A stretch of DNA of 13,866 nt, taken from UHGV virus genome UHGV-0091536. One strand, 5' to 3'. The position numbers were made by a program, and so were the translations under genes. The stretch comes from a virus. The notes beneath the pieces are model-generated. The model searched no databases. It was not told where the DNA came from and saw nothing but the letters and a program-made list of their open reading frames with translations. This document shows positions 1-7,100 of this stretch, piece after piece. The stretch's first letter is position 1; the number at the start of each line of letters is the position of its first letter.

Positions 1-2340
1 ACCCGTCAGGCTGATGTGATATTCGTTTTTACTCTGGTCCACATAAGAGCGGCCAGCCGGTGCCGTAACCGGCTGATAAGCCTGATAACCTGCATAAGAG
101 CTGGTCGCCGGAATATAACCACCGGTGCCATACGTGGCGGCATGAGTCCTTGCGGCGGTCTGGTCAAGTGTGTCTGACTCTTTGTTGATAACCCCGAGTT
201 TTTCCAGTACCCAGTCAATACCGCTGCGCAGTTTGTTGAACGCATTAAGCGGCAGCATCAGCGCGTCAGCCAGTGCCTGCCCGAACATGACACCCGTGTC
301 ACGGCAACTGTTCAGGGTGTCCTGGGTGGCTTTGACCGGGGCAATCAGGTTTTTAAACCACTGCCACGCGGCCTGTAACTTTTCGCCCAGCCAGTCAAAC
401 ACCGGTTTCAGTGGCGTGAACAGTTCCCCCACCGGCGCAAATGCCGCTTTCAGCCCTTCCACCACACCGCCAAAGAATGCGCTGACAGGCTCCCAGTATT
501 TACGGATAAGTAACGCCCCGGCGACAATGGCGGCCACCACGGCCACAACCGGCCAGCTAATCGCCCCGATGGCGGTCATAACAGCACTGCCAACCGTCGT
601 GAAAATTGCCCCCATTGCGCCTGCTGCCGCGATGATGGCATTAATGCCGGTGATAACCGGCCAGGCTACAAGACCAATGGCACCGATGATGCCAGTCAGC
701 GCCAGTGCGCCACCGACAATGAGGCCGATGGTTGACGCCAGTGATTTGTTTTTCTGTATCCAGCCGTCGAGTTTTAACACATACTTTGTGGCCGTCTGCG
801 TAAGCTTACGCAGTGCGCCTTCCTGCTGGTCAAACAGGTCTGTCCCCACCGCCTCATAAGCGGACTGAAACTCCTTAAAGTCACCGCCGAGGTTGTCCTG
901 CATGATATTTACCAGCTCGGCGGTCTTCCCGTCTGAGGCTTTAAACGCAGCGGTCAGTTTGTCCAGCTTTCCGGTTGAGGCGGCAGTCATCAGCACGGCG
1001 GCGGCTGAGCTGGCCTCCTCCCCGAAAATGGTTTTCATGTATTCAGCCTGCTGGGCAGTACCGAGCCGGTTTTTCTCAAAACTGGCCTGCATTTCTTTCA
1101 GAATGGTAAATACTGGCCGGGTGTTTCCCTTGCTGTCTGAGGTTTTCACACCAAGCTCTTTCAGTGCATCCCATGCTTTTCCCGTCGGTGCCTGCAGGCG
1201 GCTTAACACGGCACGGCTTCCCGTCCCCGCCATTGAACCGGTAATTTTTGCATCATGCAGCGCCCCGACCATTGCGGCGGTTTCTTCAATGCTGACACCG
1301 GCATTTTTTGCCACAGGTGCGGCATAGGTCAGCGCATCGCTCATGCCGTCAAAATCGGCGGCGGTTTTGTTCATCGTCATGGAGAGAACATCCCCGATAT
1401 GAGCGACCTTATCGTTTGAAAGCTGAAAGGCGGATTTCATCCCCATCAACAGGGCGGCGTTTTCTTCCATCGTGCGGCGGTTCGCCAGCGCCATGTTCAG
1501 CGTGACCGGCGTTGCCGCCTGAATGGCATCAACATCCCCACCGGCTTTCGCAATAATAATCTGCGCACCGGCTGCATCATCTGCCGAGGCGGCGGTATTG
1601 TCGCCGAGCTGGCGCGCCTGCTTGCGGAGTGCGGCCATTTCGGCGGAGTCTTTTGCCACACCTAGCACGGCCTGCAATTCTGAGTTTTTCTGCGCAAACT
1701 CATAACCGGGCATCAGTAGCTTAACACCGGCCATCGTTCCCGCCGCCGCAATCCCCACACCGGCAGCGCCCACTGAGGCCATATTTCCGGCCAGTTCCTT
1801 TCCGGCCTGATAACGCTGTTTTACTGCGTTAAGTTTTGCCTGTTGCGCACTGACACGCGCCAGCGCGTCACGCTGCCGGTTAAGCTGCGCGGTGGTTTCA
1901 CTGATACGGTTTTTCAGCCCCTGCTCATCATGTGCAAGATTGCGGGTATTAATTCCCACAGCAGCCAGTTCCCGCTGCTGGCGTTTAACGGAATCCGTCA
2001 GGCGGTTATATTTCGCCTGTAAGTCCTCCGCTGCTCGCTTTGCGGATTCCAGCACTTTCGCCTGAGCACGGGTCGGACGCTCGGTGTTTTTAAACTGTGT
2101 GGCAAGGGCTTCGGCCTCCTGCCGTGCCTTTTCAAGTGCATGACCAGTCACGGCGAGCTGTGCACTGGTCTTGCGGAATCCCTCAATACGGGATGCCTGA
2201 CCGTTCAGCTCGCGCAGTGATTTTTGTGTTTCCCGGATATCCCCCGACAGCGACTTGCTCGCTGTGCGGATGGATTTAAACGGGCGGGATGCCTGGTCAA
2301 CAGCCCTGAGCAATACCTGTAATTTTACATTGTTACTCAT
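1..2340 (-). CDS. T: Tail tape measure protein (P2 gpT family), partial; C-terminus runs off the window start
   Basis: Continuous minus-strand frame from ATG at 2340-2338 to position 1 with no stop (780 codons). N-terminus translates as MSNNVKLQVLLRAVDQASRPFKS..., with coiled-coil-rich middle and Gly/Ala-rich hydrophobic segments typical of tape measure proteins. Sits immediately downstream of E/E' as in P2. Absent from the ORF track only because no stop lies in the window. Confidence 0.88.
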   Translation of the reverse strand, partial: MSNNVKLQVLLRAVDQASRPFKSIRTASKSLSGDIRETQKSLRELNGQASRIEGFRKTSAQLAVTGHALEKARQEAEALATQFKNTERPTRAQAKVLESAKRAAEDLQAKYNRLTDSVKRQQRELAAVGINTRNLAHDEQGLKNRISETTAQLNRQRDALARVSAQQAKLNAVKQRYQAGKELAGNMASVGAAGVGIAAAGTMAGVKLLMPGYEFAQKNSELQAVLGVAKDSAEMAALRKQARQLGDNTAASADDAAGAQIIIAKAGGDVDAIQAATPVTLNMALANRRTMEENAALLMGMKSAFQLSNDKVAHIGDVLSMTMNKTAADFDGMSDALTYAAPVAKNAGVSIEETAAMVGALHDAKITGSMAGTGSRAVLSRLQAPTGKAWDALKELGVKTSDSKGNTRPVFTILKEMQASFEKNRLGTAQQAEYMKTIFGEEASSAAAVLMTAASTGKLDKLTAAFKASDGKTAELVNIMQDNLGGDFKEFQSAYEAVGTDLFDQQEGALRKLTQTATKYVLKLDGWIQKNKSLASTIGLIVGGALALTGIIGAIGLVAWPVITGINAIIAAAGAMGAIFTTVGSAVMTAIGAISWPVVAVVAAIVAGALLIRKYWEPVSAFFGGVVEGLKAAFAPVGELFTPLKPVFDWLGEKLQAAWQWFKNLIAPVKATQDTLNSCRDTGVMFGQALADALMLPLNAFNKLRSGIDWVLEKLGVINKESDTLDQTAARTHAATYGTGGYIPATSSYAGYQAYQPVTAPAGRSYVDQSKNEYHISLTG

Positions 2341-2760
2341 TCGTGTTTCCGCTTCGCCGGAGCGCCTTTTCGCGCCATGTGATGAGTTCGGTCAGGCTCA
2401 TGGGATACAGTTCTGATGGCGGCCAGTGAAATATCACTGCCACATCCGCCATCAGGTCATCGACCGAGAGATTTTTCGGAAACGTTACTGCACCGAGTTC
2501 GGCGACAAAAAACCGACCACCTTACCGGCCAGCGCCACAAGGTCAGGCAGTTCCAGCGCGGCGACCTCCTGCTCGGTCAGCATTGGTGCCGTCATGCGCG
2601 GCAGCACCTTAATCAGCGCATCGACTTCGGAGTTTGCGACCGCAGCCAGACTGACACCGCGCAGCGTCCCGGCATTGGGTTTCATCAGCGTGACCTGTTC
2701 GATAACCTGCTCACCACGCTTGACCGGATTGTCCAGGGTAATCACATTTTCTTTGTTCAT
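2333..2760 (-). CDS. E': E+E' fusion tail chaperone produced by programmed -1 ribosomal frameshift
   Basis: The -1 frame downstream of heptamer TTTTTTG stays open to TAA at 2335-2333, reading ...FFVAELGAVTFPKNLSVDDLMADVAVIFHWPPSELYPMSLTELITWREKALRRSGNTNE*. Its stop overlaps the T start (ATGAGTAA). This is the conserved G/GT-type chaperone arrangement upstream of the tape measure gene. Confidence 0.7.
2485..2760 (-). CDS. E: Tail assembly chaperone E (P2 gpE), 91 aa
   Basis: ORF 2485..2760 (-) translates MNKENVITLDNPVKRGEQVIEQVTLMKPNAGTLRGVSLAAV...GFLSPNSVQ. Size and position (between FII and T) match P2 gpE. ATG at 2760-2758. Confidence 0.88.
   Translation of the reverse strand: MNKENVITLDNPVKRGEQVIEQVTLMKPNAGTLRGVSLAAVANSEVDALIKVLPRMTAPMLTEQEVAALELPDLVALAGKVVGFLSPNSVQ
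2506..2512 (-). other. Slippery heptamer T_TTT_TTG for the E/E' -1 frameshift
   Basis: Minus-strand sequence ggt ttt ttg tcg (plus-strand caaaaaa at 2506-2512) lies near the 3' end of E, where the -1 frame opens into E'. Confidence 0.65.
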
Positions 2761-2788
2761 GGTTTTCTCACTTCTGAATCGGGGTTAA

Positions 2789-2809
2789 CCGGTCAGCCAG
2801 GCTGACCGG
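2789..2809. other. Perfect GC-rich palindrome/hairpin in the FII-E intergenic region
   Basis: ccggtcagcc-a-ggctgaccgg: a 10-bp perfect inverted repeat centred on 2799, lying between the FII stop (2817) and the E start (2760). No T-run follows on the transcribed (minus) strand. Confidence 0.4.
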
Positions 2810-2816
2810 ATGAAAA

Positions 2817-3335
2817 TCACAGGCCGATATTGCGGCGGTGTTGCTCCAGCCGGTCGACGCCGTTCACCTTCTCAATCATGTTGATGGTGTCGATTTCGAC
2901 CAGCTCCTTACCGTCCATCGTCAGCCGGAAATAGGTGCAGACCACGGAGATTTTCGACTCGGTGTCTTCTCCCTGTTTGCCCTCGCCGGTGTCGATTTCT
3001 TTCTGACGTCCACGCATGACCACTTCGACGGCCACCGTTTCGCCGGTATCGTCACGCTGGTAAGAGCCTGCAAAACGAATCGGCACAGCATCCACACCGG
3101 TTGCGGCGTAAAGCTCCCAGATAACCGAATCCGGGAAGCCACCGAGCGACCACTCCATTGACAGCGCATCGTCATCAAGGCCGAGGTCTACCGGTGCGCT
3201 GCCGTTCATCCCCGCACCGCGATAGTTTTCGAGCTTACGGGTCAGTTTTGGCAGCGTGACGGACTTTGCAACGCCCTGATAGCTGTAGCCGTTCAGAAAG
3301 ACGTTCATTAACTTGAGTTTGCGCGGCATTGCCAT
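2817..3335 (-). CDS. FII: Tail tube protein FII (P2 gpFII), 172 aa
   Basis: ORF 2817..3335 (-) translates MAMPRKLKLMNVFLNGYSYQGVAKSVTLPKLTRKLENYRGAG.... Length and sequence match the P2 tail tube family. AGGAG RBS upstream (minus-strand aggagcctgacc ATG). Confidence 0.9.
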   Translation of the reverse strand: MAMPRKLKLMNVFLNGYSYQGVAKSVTLPKLTRKLENYRGAGMNGSAPVDLGLDDDALSMEWSLGGFPDSVIWELYAATGVDAVPIRFAGSYQRDDTGETVAVEVVMRGRQKEIDTGEGKQGEDTESKISVVCTYFRLTMDGKELVEIDTINMIEKVNGVDRLEQHRRNIGL

Positions 3336-3347
3336 CGGTCAGGCTCC

Positions 3348-4157
3348 TTAATTGCTGTTAACCGAAGTGACCAGATTTGCCAGGTATTTATCGGTAATGC
3401 GCTGGCGCAGGGTCAGATTTTCAAGAGGAGGCACCGGGGTATAGTCGTAGTCGATATACAGTTTTCCGGCCTTGAGGGTTTCCGCATCGTTGGACTCTTC
3501 GCTGAACCAGCAGGTCGCATCCACGATATAGCCGTTTGTTTTCAGCTCACGGAATTTGGCATTGATGCCGTCAACGATGTCGCGAATCAGCGTTGCGGTG
3601 ATGGGCTTGTCCACCGCCCACATGTGCGCCTCAGCCATCGTGTCGGCCAGCACCTGCGCGGTGCGGGTGTAGTTTTCAAAGAGGAACAGCGGGTCATCAG
3701 AGCAGGTACGGTTACCCCAGAAGCGGAAACCGTCACGGCGAATCAGCGTTGTGACGCCTGACTCGTTAAGCAGGTCAGCATCGGTGCCGGACTCCTGCAA
3801 ATCCCAGAATACGGACGCGCTGATGCCGGTAACACCGTTCACCCCGACGTTGGACAGCGTTTTATGCCAGCCCTGCTCCTGGTCGATTTTAGCGCGCAGA
3901 CCCAGCGCACGGGCGGTGGCATACGCGGTAGCGGTGGTACTGGCGACCGTATCCCATGCGAGGAAATCCGGCCAGATGACCATCAGCTCACGCTGGCTGA
4001 AATTCTGGCGGTAGGCTTTCACCTCGGAAATGGTCTTACAGCCCCATGCGCTGATATACCCGAAAGCGCGCAGCTTCTGACAGACTGATGCCAGTGCTAC
4101 AGCCACCTCTTTGGTATCCAGTCCCGGCACACCAAGAATACGCGGTTTAACACCGGT
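3348..4157 (-). pseudogene. FI: Contractile tail sheath gene FI, 5'-truncated remnant (C-terminal ~270 codons only)
   Basis: Sheath-like sequence begins abruptly at ...[25 protein letters not shown]... and runs to the C-terminus ...[22 protein letters not shown]. The ~38 residues upstream in the ORF ([38 protein letters not shown]) are the gpI 5' end read in the wrong frame. No ATG or RBS sits at the start of homology; P2-type sheath proteins are about 390-400 aa. Confidence 0.75.
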
Positions 4158-4275
4158 TATCCGGGTTCCACAGCTCACGAATACTGACCGGCGTTTTTTC
4201 AATTTCCGCACAGGCTCTTGCGGCGGCGACTTCAAGCGGTGATGAGCCGGTCGGCAGCAGGCGCGAATCACTCAT
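4147..4275 (-). pseudogene. I: Baseplate gene I, 42-codon 5' stub (39 gpI-like codons, then NRC and stop)
   Basis: ATG at 4275-4273 overlaps the J stop (gATGAgtga). It translates [39 protein letters not shown], matching the gpI N-terminus as I recall it, followed by NRC* where the sequence becomes FI in another frame. Full-length gpI is about 176 aa. Confidence 0.7.
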
Positions 4276-5176
4276 CCGAGCCTCCGGTCACGACGCGGTA
4301 TTCGGTACAGAAAGACGCCTGCGTACTGTTGAGCACGATGTCAGCCAGTGGTGCAGCCAGTTCGACACGCTGCACGCCTTCCACATGCAAAGCGGCATAA
4401 ATGGCAGACAGACGGATGTCGCGCCCAAGCCGGTGCTGTGCCGTGATGTACGCTTCCAGTTTTTTCACGGCAGCAGCGCGGATGGGTTCGCTTTCAGGAC
4501 CTGGGTAAAGGTAAAGCGTGGCGTTTATCTGATATTCAACAATGGCGGCAGACTGCACGGTCACGCGGTCGGCCACCGGCCTGACGTCCTCGCCATTAAG
4601 GGCGTTACGCACCACGGCCAGCAGGTCTTCGGATGCGACGCCGTTATTTTCACGTGACAGCACGGAGATAGTGACGCAGGCCGGAGACGGACTGGTGACA
4701 GAGATATCCGCGACACGCCCGTCAGCACTGCGACCATGATACTGATAGGCTCCCACCGACCCGGCAACGCTTAAGCCCTCAAACGCCTGCTGAATACGCA
4801 GACGATAATCGGTGTCAGACTCCATCACTGCAGGTGTCGGCGGGATAGTCGAATCATCTGCCGGGGTGATAATCAGGCGCGTGGTGTTGTAATTGGCACC
4901 AATCACATCAAGGTCATTACCGGCGGCACAGGCCAGCATCACCGCCCGTGCGGCCTCATTCACACGCTGACGCCAGATAAGCTCACGATAAGCATTTTCC
5001 TCCAGAAGTTTGACGAGAGGCTCGGATTCCAGCGTCAGGGTACGGGCGACCGCCTCCTGCTGGTCTTCCGGGTAAAGGGAAATCAGTGTCGCCTTGCGTT
5101 CGGCAAGAATGGTTTCAAAGTCCAGCTCCTCGACCACATCCGGTGCGGGTAGCTGGTTCAGGTCGATAATCGGCAT
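4268..5176 (-). CDS. J: Baseplate assembly protein J (P2 gpJ), 302 aa
   Basis: ORF 4268..5176 (-) translates [47 protein letters not shown].... Length and position after W match P2 gpJ. Confidence 0.9.
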   Translation of the reverse strand: MPIIDLNQLPAPDVVEELDFETILAERKATLISLYPEDQQEAVARTLTLESEPLVKLLEENAYRELIWRQRVNEAARAVMLACAAGNDLDVIGANYNTTRLIITPADDSTIPPTPAVMESDTDYRLRIQQAFEGLSVAGSVGAYQYHGRSADGRVADISVTSPSPACVTISVLSRENNGVASEDLLAVVRNALNGEDVRPVADRVTVQSAAIVEYQINATLYLYPGPESEPIRAAAVKKLEAYITAQHRLGRDIRLSAIYAALHVEGVQRVELAAPLADIVLNSTQASFCTEYRVVTGGSDE

Positions 5177-5180
5177 GGTT

Positions 5181-5528
5181 TCAACTCACAGGGATGGTTA
5201 ACGAAAGTGGCTGGCCGGTGTCGTTGTGCTGGCCGGTTAACGTGACCGTCATTCGCCCGTCAAAACTGCGCGCCGTGGTGACGGATGACAGGGTGACGCG
5301 GGGTTCCCATTTCAGCACCGCCATGTAACAGGCGACCTTAATCTGCAACTCAAGCGCCGGGGTCTGCGGCTGGTCAATCATTGACGCCAGCAACGAGCCG
5401 TAATCACGACGCATCACCCGTGAGCCGACCGGTGTGCGCAGGATATCGCCGATACTCTGGCTGATATGCTCAAGGTCAGTGACAGTCAGGCCATCACTGC
5501 GATTCATTCCGAGATAACGCGCTGTCAT
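5181..5528 (-). CDS. W: Baseplate protein W (P2 gpW, gp25-like), 115 aa
   Basis: ORF 5181..5528 (-) translates MTARYLGMNRSDGLTVTDLEHISQSIGDILRTPVGSRVMRRDYGS.... Its start overlaps the V stop (ATGA). Confidence 0.9.
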   Translation of the reverse strand: MTARYLGMNRSDGLTVTDLEHISQSIGDILRTPVGSRVMRRDYGSLLASMIDQPQTPALELQIKVACYMAVLKWEPRVTLSSVTTARSFDGRMTVTLTGQHNDTGQPLSLTIPVS

Positions 5529-6160
5529 AGAGGTCCCCCGGTTGTGCCGCCGCTGTCGCCGGGGTGTTTATGGGTATGCAGTACCTTACCGTTTGATGAG
5601 AGTTCACCGCCGGTGTGTTCAATGTTGCCGCGCATCGTCCCGCCCTTCTGTACTTCCAGCGTGCCGGTAATCAGCCTGTTGGTGCAGACCACCTCCGGTG
5701 TGTCCAGGGTGATGCGGGTTGACGCTTTCACCATGACCACCGGCACCGTGGCGGTAACAGAATCAGAAGCCGTCACGCTGGCCGTTTTTATTCCGCTTAC
5801 CGTCAGTGCACTGGTTTCAGGTTCATACTCAATCACCGCCCCGTCAGGGAAACGTATGTGCAGGGCATCCGCCGACGCAGACGGCGGAGGGTTATCGCCG
5901 GAATAAATCCCCGGCAGAACGAACGCCGTGTCGAGTTCACCGCCCACGGACAGAATCAGCACCTGTTCCCCCACGGAAGGTGCCCACCATGTGCGCGAAC
6001 GTCCGGCACGATGGGTCAGCCACTGAAGCCAGTCGGTGCACATGCCGCCGGTCTGCACACGGCAGCGACCGGCGTTAAGGTCGGTTTCGACGATAATGCC
6101 GGTGCGGATCATGTTGCGCAGTGCGCGCGCGAGTTCCTGAATATTTGCGAGAGTGTTCAT
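5525..6160 (-). CDS. V: Baseplate spike/assembly protein V (P2 gpV), 211 aa
   Basis: The track ORF 5525..6178 begins at a non-ATG codon (MCNLTR). The conserved start is the internal ATG at 6160-6158, giving MNTLANIQELARALRNMIRTGIIVETDLNAGRCRVQTGG..., which matches the gpV N-terminus and a 211-aa length. Confidence 0.88.
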   Translation of the reverse strand: MNTLANIQELARALRNMIRTGIIVETDLNAGRCRVQTGGMCTDWLQWLTHRAGRSRTWWAPSVGEQVLILSVGGELDTAFVLPGIYSGDNPPPSASADALHIRFPDGAVIEYEPETSALTVSGIKTASVTASDSVTATVPVVMVKASTRITLDTPEVVCTNRLITGTLEVQKGGTMRGNIEHTGGELSSNGKVLHTHKHPGDSGGTTGGPL

Positions 6161-6243
6161 GCGTGTGAGATTGCACAATATATAAAAGTTATGCTATCTG
6201 GATTCATTTGTAGAACGACCATACAACATTCGAGGAGAGCGTA
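6161..6243 (+). promoter_or_regulatory. Putative promoter and strong RBS for the cargo ORF
   Basis: GAGGAGAG at 6232-6239 lies 4-5 nt upstream of ATG 6244. Candidate sigma70 elements are TTGCAC (6171-6176) and a weak TG-extended -10 (tgcTATCTg, about 6192-6200) with roughly 18-bp spacing. The region is AT-rich. The promoter assignment is tentative. Confidence 0.35.
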
Positions 6244-7029
6244 ATGTTCAGTGATAATGTGACTAATGCGTGGTGGTTTATCTCTTTGTATCTATTTTTA
6301 TTAATAGCATTAACATTTATTACCTTTGGTAAAAGTAATCTTATGAGGTTTATTGCACATCATTTCAATTTTGAGTATTCAGACAGAAAGTTAAAAATGC
6401 TCGACAAAAAATGGCGCGACATTCAACTATTTAAAATAATTAACGGAATCAATGTATCAGGCATCGAAGATGTGAGAATGATACAGCAGGGGCTGATTGA
6501 TGGAAAACTAAAAACATCGTATTTTTTTCTTACTCGCTTCTGGGGTGACATAACAAAACCACCACACATAATTAAAACAATAATTGTAATTCTGTCCAGC
6601 ATTATTTATATTCTCTTCGCATGTTATATACACAACAAACAATCCGCTATAGTAAGAGATGCCATAGGCATACCATATAAAAATATGATGTACTATGTTT
6701 ATAGTGACAAAGTTCTTTTATCCTTCAACAATAAAACAGTTGAATTCAATAAAACTTATAGCCTTGCCGATTGCAAGAGGCTACGAAACGTATTTATAAA
6801 AGACACACTTCCTGAGATCGCCTGCAATAAGCTCTTACAGCTAAACGAGGAGGACTCGGAATGGTTAAGTCAGGAGATTAAAGATAATAACAGCCAAAAA
6901 AAAGCATTATTAATAATATCCCTCATCTATTTCATTTCAGGTCTGGTTATATTCCTGTCATATACAAAATTCCTTTACGCCAATAAGAAGGTTGTAGAAT
7001 ACAAAGCATCAAATAAAAATCACTCATAA
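6244..7029 (+). CDS. Hypothetical membrane protein, 261 aa, AT-rich cargo (moron) gene at the S-V junction; function unknown
   Basis: Complete ORF on the strand opposite the whole late operon. Three hydrophobic segments predicted by eye: about aa 9-28 (AWWFISLYLFLLIALTFITF), 108-129 (IIKTIIVILSSIIYILFACYI) and 221-240 (ALLIISLIYFISGLVIFLSY). It is Lys/Asn/Ile-rich and uses many AT-rich codons, while flanking P2 genes are GC-rich. Strong RBS upstream and a hairpin terminator downstream. I recognise no homolog. Confidence 0.75.
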   Translation: MFSDNVTNAWWFISLYLFLLIALTFITFGKSNLMRFIAHHFNFEYSDRKLKMLDKKWRDIQLFKIINGINVSGIEDVRMIQQGLIDGKLKTSYFFLTRFWGDITKPPHIIKTIIVILSSIIYILFACYIHNKQSAIVRDAIGIPYKNMMYYVYSDKVLLSFNNKTVEFNKTYSLADCKRLRNVFIKDTLPEIACNKLLQLNEEDSEWLSQEIKDNNSQKKALLIISLIYFISGLVIFLSYTKFLYANKKVVEYKASNKNHS

Positions 7030-7035
7030 ACCTCT

Positions 7036-7070
7036 AAACATTGAGCGACCAGCATGGCCGCTCAATGTTT
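7036..7070. terminator. Bidirectional intrinsic terminator hairpin between the cargo ORF (+) and S (-)
   Basis: Perfect 12-bp stem aaacattgagcg (7036-7047) / cgctcaatgttt (7059-7070) with an 11-nt loop. It is followed by tttaatt on the + strand and by a moderately U-rich stretch on the minus strand. It lies exactly between the two convergent stop codons (7029 and 7101). Confidence 0.6.
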
Positions 7071-7100
7071 AATTGCGCATCAGCCTCTGCCTGGATAAAA

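Noticed and set aside
170-1705. Several + strand ORFs (170..859, 893..1327, 1308..1505, 1523..1705) with Ala/Ser/Thr/Pro-rich translations
   Set aside because: They lie entirely antisense to the continuous tape measure T reading frame. Long spurious antisense ORFs are expected in GC-rich coding DNA, and they have no RBS or sensible start context.
2416-2805. + strand ORFs 2416..2805 and 2426..2788 (129 and 120 aa)
   Set aside because: Antisense to E and the E' extension, which are well supported; their translations are low-complexity.
2838-3178. ORFs 2838..3161 (+) and 2921..3178 (-) overlapping FII
   Set aside because: Alternate-frame or antisense ORFs inside the well-supported tail tube gene; no independent support.
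4158-4271. N-terminal 38 residues of track ORF 3348..4271 ([38 protein letters not shown]) as a genuine N-terminus of a short sheath protein
   Set aside because: This segment is the gpI 5' coding sequence read in the wrong frame. The ORF begins at a non-ATG codon overlapping the J stop and has no RBS, so it is better explained as a deletion junction than as a real start.
5466-6244. + strand ORFs 5466..5906, 5806..6078 and 5858..6244 overlapping V and W
   Set aside because: Antisense to the baseplate genes V and W, with Arg/Pro-rich low-complexity translations typical of antisense GC-rich frames.
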